Below are positions 35,543 to 47,855 of a DNA stretch of 56,323 bases, piece by piece (position 1 is the first letter of the stretch; each line of letters opens with the position of its first letter). Under the pieces are notes generated by a model, which was not told where the DNA came from, searched no databases, and saw only the letters and a program-made list of their open reading frames with translations. Position numbers and translations under genes: made by a program. Origin of the DNA: an uncultured Nitrospinaceae bacterium (GTDB lineage: Bacteria; UBA8248); NCBI GenBank assembly GCA_964440505.1, contig CAYTSP010000139.1, positions 1 through 56,323 of the forward strand, in the 5' to 3' direction.

Positions 35543-38398
35543 TCACGGATTCCTTGGCCAGCGCAAGCCGAATAGCGACCTCGGCATGGGCCTGAAATCG
35601 TACGTATCCGGCGCGAGGGCCTGAACCAGATCGTCGAACTTCTCGGCGCTTTTCTCAGCGAAATTCTGGCGCAGAAGAATCGCGTCGGCCCGCGAATCCC
35701 AAAAATTGGCGATCCGCATGCTGTATTGATAAAGGCGGACGAGGAGTTGCACCAAAAAGAACAAGACGGTCATGGTGGTGATCTGGATCAAAGTGATCCG
35801 ATCCACGGTGGCGCCGAAGATACTTGTTGAGGGTTTGCTTTTTTCAGGCCTGATGTAGTCGGCATTATCGGTGCGCTTGTTTCCGCCAAAACTACCACCC
35901 TTGGCCAGAAACGCGCCCATTTCCTTGAAAAGCTGACTGTCTCGCAGGAATTTGTTTTTCACTATATCCGCCAGTTCCCATTTCTTCCATTCCCTCATAT
36001 CAGGGTGCTCTTTCAGGAGGTAAGCACTTCCGCTTCTGCCCACCGCCACCGCTGTATGAGCGCCGTCTCCGAGGGGTACACTCAACAGATAAGCCAATTC
36101 GGGAGCTCGGCCGTCCCATATTGTTGCCTTCCAGGTTTGTCCGCCGTCAGTTGTTACGAATATTGGACCTTTGCGAGATGAAAGCAGACCGTGCTTGCCG
36201 TCATTGCTGAAACCGATTGTTGGAATCCTCGCTCTCTCTGTGAGCGGCAAGTTTATCTGTTTCGGGGACAGTCCACCCTTTTCATGCACGGATAGCAAAA
36301 ATGCCGATCCTGTGTCGCCCACAATCAGGACACTCTTGTAGTTGTTGATTAAGAGAGTATTTTCAATCCGCTCTCCTGCTTTGAGTGGCAAATTCATGAG
36401 TTTGTGAGAAAGTTCACCCTTTTGATTCATGGACAGCCAAAATGCCGAGTCTTTGTAGCCTATAACCAAGCCGCGCTTGCCGTCGTTGCTGAATCTGATT
36501 GTTCGAACCCGTTCTCCTGCTTTGAATGGCAAGTTAATAGGTTTGTAGGAAAGTTCATCCTTTTGATTTACAGACCCCAACAATGCCGAGCCTAGTGAGC
36601 CTAGGACCAGGACGCGCTTGCCGTCGTCGATGAATCTGATTGTTCGAATCCGCTCTCCTTCTTTGAATGACAAGTTTATTGGTTTCGGGGAAAGTTCACC
36701 CTTTTGATTCATGGACAGCCAAAATGCCGAGTCTTTGTAGCCCACAACCCAGACGAGCTTGTCCTCCTTGCTGAATCTGATTGTTCGAATACTTTCTCCC
36801 GTCTCCAACTCCAATTTTGCTGATTTAGAGGATAATTTGCCATTGGAATGCTTGGATAACAAGTATATTAAACCTCTTTTGTCCACAACCACGATGTGCT
36901 TGCCGTGGTTGCTCAATACGGAGCTTGATCCGAAGATGGGCACATCAGGTGGCAATTGCGTTGATTTGCACGAAAGTACGCCCCTTTCATTTACGGATAT
37001 CAAGAATGCCGAGCCTCGCAAGAATGCGATCAGGACATGTTTGTCATTATAGCTTAATCGGGTTATTTGAATGCCTTCTCCTGTTCTGAATGGTGGACAG
37101 GATTTAGATTGCGGGAGTCTGCTCTTTTCATTCGCGGATAGCAAAAATGCCGAGCCTTCGCCGCCCACGACCAGGACGCGCTTGTCGCTATTTCTGAATG
37201 TGATTATATCCATAATTTTCTCACTTGCTTTGAGTGGCAAGTTGGTCATGGGTTCTATGGATAGTTCGCCCTTGCTATTCATAGACACCCAAAATAGCGA
37301 ATTTTTGTTGCTCACGACGAGAACATGCTTGTCTTCGTCGTTGAATTTGATTGTGTCAATCCGCTCTCTCGCTTTGAGTCGCAAGTCCTTTGATTTCCAA
37401 GTGTGTCCACCGTCTGCCGTGATGACCACCGATCCGTCTTGGTTTGCAATCAAGCCCATCTGCCCGCTTGCTGCAGCAGGACGAATGGATTCTATCCCGG
37501 CTTGGGGCGCGCCATGCCTGCCAAGCCCTCTGAACGCTACCAGGGAAACGCGAGACTGTGATCGGTCTGAACCGCCGTCATGGGTTTTGAGCCAGTATCG
37601 CCCCTCGACCATGGCCTGAAGTTCATCGCCGAACTTTTCTTCAAAGGTCTTCAGATGCTTTGCCTCTCGTATCGTACTTTCCTTGTCCAGTTCGATATGC
37701 GGCAGGAGGAAGATGATGAAATAGACTCCCCCGAACAATAAGGCGAACACGCCGCCCAGGGTCAGGCCCGCCCGGGTTCGCAGAGCGAGCGCGCGTTCCC
37801 GAAGCCCGCCGTAAGCCTGCCAGTCTCGCTCGGTCAGACCTTGTCGGCGCGGGTCCTCATTTTCGAACTTGAGATTTTTTCTAAGCTTCGTTTTGAGATG
37901 GAAGCGCCAACTCGCCCACAAACCGGCGAGCGCTACGACAATGACATAGAACCTCCAGTCCGTTGGAGCCTGCAGTAGCGTGTTGACGACCTCTTTGGCG
38001 GAATCCTTGGAGCCGATTGAATATAGGTCGAACAAGAAAGACGTGAGTGCGAGTAGGACGAATAGCGAGAGGATCGTTACGAGGGTACATAGGACGGGAT
38101 TTTCCTTGAACTTTTCTCTAGGTTTGTTAGTAAGCGCGGGAAAGAGGTAGAAATACCAACCGAGCAACAAGCCAAAAAGCACTGCGGCGATGATATAAAA
38201 TTGCCAATCCGCTATAGTTCGCTTCAGGATGGACTCATAAACGTTTTCTAAGTCTTTTGAAATCTGGCCCCATGAAAGGAGCATGAGCACTATGAAGACG
38301 AAAAACAAGAGAAACAGGATGATGGCTTGCCCTAAATAACTTGCTGTGAATGGTGGAGCCTCACCGTCGGGATTATTAGGTTCATCAATCATCGTCAA
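35543..38398 (-). CDS. 951-aa polytopic membrane protein with a ~47-aa-repeat beta-propeller between TM segments
   Basis: It has about 5 N-terminal TM helices with an internal duplication (DWQFYIIAAVLFGLLLGW / DWRFYVIVVALAGLWASW). A ~590-aa repeat region is flanked by Asp-box/BNR-like motifs (ITADGGHTWKS, VTTDGGQTWKA). A final TM segment (ITLIQITTMTVLFFLVQLLV) is followed by a short tail. There is no family assignment. Confidence 0.8.
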   Translation of the reverse strand: MTMIDEPNNPDGEAPPFTASYLGQAIILFLLFFVFIVLMLLSWGQISKDLENVYESILKRTIADWQFYIIAAVLFGLLLGWYFYLFPALTNKPREKFKENPVLCTLVTILSLFVLLALTSFLFDLYSIGSKDSAKEVVNTLLQAPTDWRFYVIVVALAGLWASWRFHLKTKLRKNLKFENEDPRRQGLTERDWQAYGGLRERALALRTRAGLTLGGVFALLFGGVYFIIFLLPHIELDKESTIREAKHLKTFEEKFGDELQAMVEGRYWLKTHDGGSDRSQSRVSLVAFRGLGRHGAPQAGIESIRPAAASGQMGLIANQDGSVVITADGGHTWKSKDLRLKARERIDTIKFNDEDKHVLVVSNKNSLFWVSMNSKGELSIEPMTNLPLKASEKIMDIITFRNSDKRVLVVGGEGSAFLLSANEKSRLPQSKSCPPFRTGEGIQITRLSYNDKHVLIAFLRGSAFLISVNERGVLSCKSTQLPPDVPIFGSSSVLSNHGKHIVVVDKRGLIYLLSKHSNGKLSSKSAKLELETGESIRTIRFSKEDKLVWVVGYKDSAFWLSMNQKGELSPKPINLSFKEGERIRTIRFIDDGKRVLVLGSLGSALLGSVNQKDELSYKPINLPFKAGERVRTIRFSNDGKRGLVIGYKDSAFWLSMNQKGELSHKLMNLPLKAGERIENTLLINNYKSVLIVGDTGSAFLLSVHEKGGLSPKQINLPLTERARIPTIGFSNDGKHGLLSSRKGPIFVTTDGGQTWKATIWDGRAPELAYLLSVPLGDGAHTAVAVGRSGSAYLLKEHPDMREWKKWELADIVKNKFLRDSQLFKEMGAFLAKGGSFGGNKRTDNADYIRPEKSKPSTSIFGATVDRITLIQITTMTVLFFLVQLLVRLYQYSMRIANFWDSRADAILLRQNFAEKSAEKFDDLVQALAPDTYDFRPMPRSLFGLRWPRNP

Positions 38399-39104
38399 TC
38401 CGCTGCTTTGCTTTCCTTACGCCAAAAAGAATGGATTGCTCGCTGGCACTACTGGACGAGGCGCGCATAAACGGAGCCGCCGCCGGAAAATGTTTTGTAA
38501 ATGTAACGGCCGATGTGGAAACCAAGGCGCTTCTTTCCCATATGGGCCCGTGAATCTTTTGTAAGTCAAAGCTCTTTTCCCGGGAAATGAGTGTTTATTC
38601 TACCGCCGAATCCGGGGCGAAGTCCACCGGCTTCTCAGAGGCGTGAGCGAATGGGCGGGACATGGTTTTCTCGGTCATTCTCGTTTTGTGGCTGTTTTTT
38701 ACGTAAACGACATGAATTTTCACCGAAATGATCCAATAAAGTCAGAAATGATGCCACCCCCATCAGTGGGGAAGTCTTTGGCCTTCCCTCCCCGGTCGGG
38801 TTTGAGCATGCTTCCGCGCATCTGCCGTTATGACGTTTTTGTCCGGATGCGGCAGAGTCTTTCCCCAAGAAGAGACTTTCTCATGGTCGCGGGCGATGTG
38901 GAGAAGGTGAAAAAGAGCAATTCTCCCTAAATTTTCAACATAGATGAAATCTTATAACTTATTGAATTAGTGCACAGTATAATATGATTTAACCTACATA
39001 AAACATTTTCTAATCAACGCGAAAGCGGACTCATCAAAACTATTGCGTATCCGGTCGAGCGCATGGCGGGAAAACGTACGTGGACTGCAGTTGACACCGG
39101 TGTT

Positions 39105-40507
39105 TCAGAATCCATCGACCGAAAGCGCGTTCCAGTCTTCGGGCGTCCCTTCACGCAAAAGCTTGAACAACGACCGGCGGGCGATGTCGAAGCCTTTGAC
39201 GAAGGCCGCATCATTTCTCGGCGAGGTTACTTTGTCCGAGCGGCTGTGAACGATCTCCGACCGCGCGTTGTAAAATGCCTTGACGTCTTCCTTGATCCTT
39301 TCCCGGTTTTCCGTATCGGTTCCGAGAAAGCAGGAAACCCTGTCCCGCAATTTGCCCGAGATTCCATTCCGGGGCAGGTCGTACATGCCTTCGAGTGCGA
39401 TGGAGACATCCACGACCCTGCTTTCGTCTGCGAACCGCCCGTTTCGAGCGAGAGCAGCGGCAAGCCGGCCGACGGTCGGTGCCATCCTCCTGTAGCGTTC
39501 ACTCTTTCGGTTTTCGAAGGCTTCCTTCGCTTCGGCAAGAGCATTCGACGCCAACATCGGGCACATTTCGAATCCGTTGAAGCCGTGCGCCGGGCTGCTC
39601 CCATAGCGACTGGGGCTATGGCGTTCCCGACCCAGAAGCCGACCGGCGGAACGGTCGATGCAATTGTACAATTGCGCAAGCGGCACTATCGGCGTCGTGT
39701 GAGCTACGGCCAGCAGATCCAGGAACATTTGCGCCTCCCGGAAAAACGATTCTGGAGACTTCAACGCTAAGTCCATCCAGTGGTCAAGCCGACGGAATAC
39801 AGGCCTCCACCGAAATGGTCTGACCACCGCCCCAATCGACCGCCAGTCGTGGAATCCGGCACCCGGCAGAGCGAGCTCTTCCACCATGTTCTGGTCCACG
39901 AAGCGACTCACTCGCTCGAACGGCAGGATCATCATGTGGCCCGTAACCTCGACTCGTTCCATCACGCTCAGCCCGTAGAACAGCAATGCGTCGTAACCGG
40001 TGTCGAGATCGCCCAGCACATGGGTTGGCCCTTCGTCGCCGGCGGGTTCGAGCAAAGCGTTCAGTTCACCCGCTGCCGTCCGGAAGCGGTCGCCACGCAG
40101 TTCCGCGGCGCGCGCCATCAGTCCGGCAACCAGATCGACTAGGGAGGTAGAGCTGCTGGAGCCGAGGATCTCCATCAGGAACTCGTCTTTGCCGACGATC
40201 CGGCCCACTACCCGTTCAAGCGTGGGATGGGAAACCATGATATACCGCACCGGATCCAACACCGCGAGCAAGGGCGCGTAATGCTTCTCCCTGCCGAAGA
40301 TCTTGCCGTGGTGCGCCATCGCATAGAGAACGCGCAAGTCGTCCAGTGGAAACGGCGGCCGATTTCCGTCCCGACCATCGAACACGACATGCGTGCGGGG
40401 GGTCTGCTCCCGGTATTCGCGCAGGTAAGGTTCTTGTGCTTCCGCCAGCGCGGGAAGAGCTCGCGCTAGGCGGTCGATCCAGTCGGCGTCTGAAAATCCG
40501 TCCGGCA

Positions 40508-40520
<13 letters not shown>
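39105..40520 (-). CDS. 471-aa protein with a C-terminal HEPN-type (Rx4H) domain, coupled to hsdR
   Basis: [12 protein letters not shown] holds R420-x4-H425 (nt 39246-39263, checked on the DNA) within a helical C-terminal ~130 aa. The N-terminal ~330 aa are unassigned. The start is at 40520, or at 40508 where the ATG shares one base with the hsdR TGA. Confidence 0.7.
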
Positions 40521-43636
<3,116 letters not shown>

Positions 43637-43705
43637 CGGGTCCTCTGGGCGGAGAACCGAAGGCGGCGCGCGTATCGGCCCCCTCCGTTCTCTGCACGTT
43701 TCTAC

Positions 43706-43745
43706 CGGCGCCGGGATTCCTCGTGACGTTCATTCCCCGGCGCCG
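43706..43745. promoter_or_regulatory. 10-bp inverted repeat cggcgccggg / cccggcgccg, 20-nt spacer, upstream of hsdR
   Basis: Read directly, 70-110 nt upstream of the hsdR ATG (43636), in the only sizeable gap (327 bp) of the R-M gene array. Confidence 0.3.
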
Positions 43746-43962
43746 AACGTATGACGCAACCGATGATGAAGCATGAAGGGTTCGGGTGATTCTTGCAATC
43801 GGCGGGTGATGTTTGTCCGGTGTTCTTTGAAAGTCTATTTGCCGCTATACGCACGGCGTATTAGGAGGAACCACAAAGCGATTACCTGCAGTTCGACTGA
43901 GGCTAAGTTTATAACAAAGAATTTTATGTTGCGGTTTTTAACCTGTGATTCGTCAAGTTAAT

Positions 43963-45879
43963 TTATTCTTCTTTCTCAAAATCAAGACCCGTCGATACGG
44001 ATTCTCTTTTCAACAACCAGCTAAGAAATCGAGTTTGCACCCAGCGATGTAAAACGATCACGGTTGCCCCAAAAACGAGATTGGCGAGTGTAGCAACAAT
44101 CAGGACAGCAGTGGCAGTGGCAAGAACCCAGCCAAGCACTGGATGCGTTGTAGTCAAACCGCTTCCGGCTATTAACCCTACAACCAGAAGAAGCCCAACG
44201 ACGCTTGAAACTATCCTAGCGAATCCATTTGCTCTACGATGACAACGCCAATAGAGTTGAGATTGAACCGACTGCGTCCTGGCTCGTTCTGACGCTAATT
44301 CCTCCTGTGTCTTGTGATGTGCCGCTTTCTCGGTCTGGTATTTTTCACTTTCTTCTTTTTTGATCTCGCTGACTACGCGGTTAAGTGTTTCGGTGACCGT
44401 TTGCTCAGTCAGAGCACTCTCTTCCCCAAGGGTCAAGTTCATCAATTCCCGTTGAGCCATTTCGCTGCTGCGCAGTAATTGATGATCGCGTTCCGTGATC
44501 TTGCCCTGTTTCTCAAGCCTTTCGATCTCAGTCATGTATTTGTCAAGCAGACCACTTGATGGCTGAAGAGCCGCATACGAGAATGCGATTACCTCGGTCA
44601 TAGGAAGAGTCGGTGCGCCAAGCGGGGCTTTCAGCCAAGCCATGTTCGCCAAACTAAAATCTGTTATGACACTGGAGACCTCGCGGGATGTTTCGTGATC
44701 CTTGCCATATTCGAATGCAGCTTGAGCAAAACCACTATTGCTGGTTACAAGCACCGCCTCGGCGTGCTCAATGTTCCGCGGCGACTTGCCAGAACGCAAG
44801 ACGTAGATACTTCGGACCGAGTTGATGTCATCTTTCTTGGCGCGGGGATTGAGGTATGATATCTCGTCATTCAAAACTTCTTCGAAGGCGCTTTCGTCGA
44901 TTTGGAAATCGGCGTCATATTGAGGCGTGTTTATAACCTCGACCCCAGTGGCTTTGAGTTTCTCATCGATCTGTCCGGCGAGCATGAGCAAGTCGGACTT
45001 GGTGGTTCCAGCACTACGGGCCTCCATCACGATTGCTCCTCTACCATCTGGTGAATCCAAGTAATTCGAGGCCCCGTGAAGCACCCGAGCAAGTTCATCG
45101 CGAGAATGCGAGAAAGTCGCCACCGTGGCTTCAAGGTTTCGCAGCAACTTGATAAGGTTTTCAATCGCCGCCTGCTTGGCACTGCCTTCAAGGCCGAGAC
45201 GTCTGACGAGCAGCGGGGTGTCGAAGTAAAACGTAACACGCTTGTACATCTTCGGAGCTTGTTTGAGATCAGGGCATAACAGTGCATTCGCGAGCATATG
45301 ACCTGTGACTAGAACCATGAAGCTGTCAAACAGTTTCGGGTCAGTTTTCTGAATTGAGAGGACATACTTGCTGACCAGCACGATAAGGGCATTGTCGTGT
45401 TTTTCGACGGTCGGTATTGCGGTACCGCGAAGATATGCACGAAGGCATGGAATGTTGAATTCCGCAAGAAAATCGCAGATAGCCTGCACGGCCTCACCTT
45501 CAAAGATGATCGGTCGTGGTGTATCCTTTGAAAAACTTACCAGATTATCGACTACCGCCCGAATGTGCTTCTCTGCCTCGGCTTTATCTGTGCCGATTTC
45601 TGGATTCGGGAGTTCCCCTGTAATACGATAAACACCATGTTGACGGGTTAGCGGGAGCTTGCGAGCCATTCGTTTGAGGACTATCTGCACTGCCCTCTCT
45701 GGAAGTTCCAATCCAAAATCTGTGCGGATGTGATTGCACACAGCAGAATCTGTCACCGGGTCCGGGTTGTGGTCGCAAAGCACTTGCAGGATAAACGGAC
45801 GCAGATAGTCAAGGTAGTCTAGCCCCTGATCAACATTGACTTTGAGCATCGCCAGACTAGTCAGGGTAGCTGATGACAC
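43963..45879 (-). CDS. 638-aa unknown protein between hsdS and hsdR (wHTH-like N-terminus, central domain, coiled coil, C-terminal TM hairpin)
   Basis: The GTG start shares one base with the hsdS stop (TAGTG); an alternative start is MLKVNV. The N-terminus looks like a winged helix (...VQIVLKRMARKLPLTRQHGVYRITG). The centre has VTFYFDTPLLVRRLGL ... AVLVTSNSGF. A charged coiled coil (EIKKEESEKYQTEKAAHHKTQEELASERAR) follows. The end has 2-3 TM helices (IVSSVVGLLLVVGLIAGSGL, VLGWVLATATAVLIVATLANLVFGATVIVL). There is no Walker A motif. Confidence 0.8.
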   Translation of the reverse strand: MSSATLTSLAMLKVNVDQGLDYLDYLRPFILQVLCDHNPDPVTDSAVCNHIRTDFGLELPERAVQIVLKRMARKLPLTRQHGVYRITGELPNPEIGTDKAEAEKHIRAVVDNLVSFSKDTPRPIIFEGEAVQAICDFLAEFNIPCLRAYLRGTAIPTVEKHDNALIVLVSKYVLSIQKTDPKLFDSFMVLVTGHMLANALLCPDLKQAPKMYKRVTFYFDTPLLVRRLGLEGSAKQAAIENLIKLLRNLEATVATFSHSRDELARVLHGASNYLDSPDGRGAIVMEARSAGTTKSDLLMLAGQIDEKLKATGVEVINTPQYDADFQIDESAFEEVLNDEISYLNPRAKKDDINSVRSIYVLRSGKSPRNIEHAEAVLVTSNSGFAQAAFEYGKDHETSREVSSVITDFSLANMAWLKAPLGAPTLPMTEVIAFSYAALQPSSGLLDKYMTEIERLEKQGKITERDHQLLRSSEMAQRELMNLTLGEESALTEQTVTETLNRVVSEIKKEESEKYQTEKAAHHKTQEELASERARTQSVQSQLYWRCHRRANGFARIVSSVVGLLLVVGLIAGSGLTTTHPVLGWVLATATAVLIVATLANLVFGATVIVLHRWVQTRFLSWLLKRESVSTGLDFEKEE

Positions 45880-47444
45880 TACGAAACCTCTTCCGTTATT
45901 ATTTCCGTGCCATAAAGGCGGACTTTTCCCGACACCAACTCCGGCAGCAGCGCATCGCGCAGAACAGCGAGAGTGCGGGATTCGCGTTGGTTTATTACGA
46001 TCCGTTCGTAGAGCAGTCGGACGCGTTTATCGAACGTCGATAATATCTCGATCTTGGGAATCATAATCTTCAAAGGGCGGAAATTTCGTTTACTGATTTC
46101 TTGGAAGGTCGAACCGTTCGCATTTTGCAGGATCGTATCCATATTCGCCTGCGCCCACAACCAAGCGAACATGTTCGAGAGGCGAGACTCACACTTCATT
46201 GCGATGAATCCTTGGTTCACGGCAACTGGTATTTCCGCAATTGCCAAGTAACCAATGGGCGCGCGCGAAGAGAGTAGAACAACACCTTGGGGTAAAAGGC
46301 CGGAACCAATTTTGCTGAGACCAGCATCCGTGATTTGGCGCGCCGTCTCTAATAGCACGGGTGCGGAAAGTACCGACAGGTCTTTCGGGGTGGCCCAGTT
46401 TATTTTTCCACCCCAGAGACTTCGGTCTTTTGTGCTCGGAGTAGAACCGCCAACAACAGTAACTTCCTCGCCGATTGTGGAGACCTCCCACCCCTCCGGT
46501 ATCTCACCTAATTCCGACCCTACCAGCCGGACGGGGAAGAGGTCGGTGATATACCTGGGCAGGCCGGTGTCGCGGCCTTCCATCTTGGCGCGGACGGGGT
46601 CGAAATCGACGAACCACGACTTGAAAAGCGCGCGGGCCATCGCCTCCAGCGTCTCGTTCATGCGGCGGTTGAGTTTGATCTTGTCATCCAACGTACCGAG
46701 GATATGCGCGATAGCGCGTTGCTCGGTGAGGGGGGGAATGCTGATCTCTAATTTTCGAGCGTCACCTTGGGAAATGAACGGCTGGGCAGAGCCACGCTTA
46801 GGCCAAAGCGATGAATTTCTAGTAACCCAATAAAGGAATTCTGTATTGACTTTGGGATCTGTTGCCCAGAAACGAATAGTGTTCTTGATACATGACCATT
46901 GACCTTTTGCGAGCCATGTCCTTCCGCAGTCAGCACCGATCGCGCTTAACACAACACCCACACGGTTATAGTCTGCATGAGGTAAGAAGCCATCCGGCCC
47001 TTTAGCACTATATGCAGTAAATCCCGATTTGACGTAGGATGCTTTCGTCGTCGAAGTATCTCCCCAACTGACATCAGCAACAGCACCGAGTTTTACTGTC
47101 CGCCATTGAGCCAATTCATGCTGCTCTTCTTTTTCCACCAACACCACAAATTCTTTCTCGATTACGTTGCGAAAGTTCTCAGAAGTTCTTGCCCAGTCCA
47201 CGAAGTCAACCTTGAACGGAAGATCGGACTCTTCAAAGCTTTCCGTTAGGGCTGAAGCCACGTTCAGCGACAAAGGCTCGTCGCCCAAAATAGCGAGATC
47301 TAGATCGGAATAGTCTTTCGCGGTCCAAGTCGCACGCGACCCGAAGGACAACACCTTGCGATCCGGAACGTGCCGATGAAGGATATCGCGCACGATGTCC
47401 AAGTGATCGGGGCGAAGATCAAGGTTCGGGAGCTCCTCGTTCAT
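45879..47444 (-). CDS. hsdS: in-frame fusion of a minimal nucleotidyltransferase (MntA-like) with type I specificity subunit HsdS
   Basis: aa 1-100 are MNT (FGSRATWTAKDYSDLDLAI is the GS-x10-D-x-D motif, then ...LPFKVDFVDW). From ~aa 111 it is a two-TRD HsdS, with the central repeat LTEQRAIAHILGTLDDKIKLNRRMNETLEAMARALFKSWFVDF and the distal RTLAVLRDALLPELVSGKVRL. No stop separates the two parts. The ATG at 47444 overlaps the hepT stop (ATGA); the track ORF starts at 47471. Confidence 0.85.
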   Translation of the reverse strand: MNEELPNLDLRPDHLDIVRDILHRHVPDRKVLSFGSRATWTAKDYSDLDLAILGDEPLSLNVASALTESFEESDLPFKVDFVDWARTSENFRNVIEKEFVVLVEKEEQHELAQWRTVKLGAVADVSWGDTSTTKASYVKSGFTAYSAKGPDGFLPHADYNRVGVVLSAIGADCGRTWLAKGQWSCIKNTIRFWATDPKVNTEFLYWVTRNSSLWPKRGSAQPFISQGDARKLEISIPPLTEQRAIAHILGTLDDKIKLNRRMNETLEAMARALFKSWFVDFDPVRAKMEGRDTGLPRYITDLFPVRLVGSELGEIPEGWEVSTIGEEVTVVGGSTPSTKDRSLWGGKINWATPKDLSVLSAPVLLETARQITDAGLSKIGSGLLPQGVVLLSSRAPIGYLAIAEIPVAVNQGFIAMKCESRLSNMFAWLWAQANMDTILQNANGSTFQEISKRNFRPLKIMIPKIEILSTFDKRVRLLYERIVINQRESRTLAVLRDALLPELVSGKVRLYGTEIITEEVS

Positions 47445-47854
47445 GCCAGACGTTCCCGCAATTTGTCGCAAAGATAGACCGCCTCTTCGAGAAAGCGGGG
47501 GATGCCCGAGACCACTTCGATCGCGGTATTTTCGTTATAGGTGTGACTGGTTTTCGTGCGCATATCGCGGAAGACGCGCCAATTCGGCCAGTCTCCCAGC
47601 AGCAGTCCCTGTTCGTTTCCCGTGCGGATCAGGTTCTGAAACGTCATCTCATCGAATTGCTCCGGGTTCGCCGAAGCATACTCGAGATAGCGTTTGAGAA
47701 CCTTGTGCCCAAGTTCGTAGGTGAATTCAAAACGCTGAATCAGACCGTCGCGAATCTGGGTATCGCTCGTGTCGGCCCGATAACGCGCCAGTCCTTCTTC
47801 GAGGCGCTGGATCGCCCGTTCGAATGGTCCAATCTCGGGCTTATTGTAAGGCAT
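47441..47854 (-). CDS. hepT: HepT-type HEPN toxin (HI0074-family nucleotidyltransferase substrate-binding protein)
   Basis: It is 137 aa. RDGLIQRFEFTYELGHKVLKRYL and RDMRTKTSHTYNE (R-x4-H-x-Y) match the HI0074/HepT family. It sits one base after the hsdM stop. Confidence 0.9.
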   Translation of the reverse strand: MPYNKPEIGPFERAIQRLEEGLARYRADTSDTQIRDGLIQRFEFTYELGHKVLKRYLEYASANPEQFDEMTFQNLIRTGNEQGLLLGDWPNWRVFRDMRTKTSHTYNENTAIEVVSGIPRFLEEAVYLCDKLRERLA

Positions 47855-47855
47855 G

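Noticed and set aside
38400-39104. Possible small genes or a promoter in the 700-nt gap between orf471 and the 951-aa gene (track ORFs 38635..38868 -, 38643..38930 +; AT-rich stretch ~38930-39010; palindrome acaccggtgt at 39092-39101)
   Set aside because: None of the frames has a start, an RBS and a sensible composition together. The AT-rich stretch may hold a promoter for the 951-aa gene, but I could not define convincing -35/-10 boxes.
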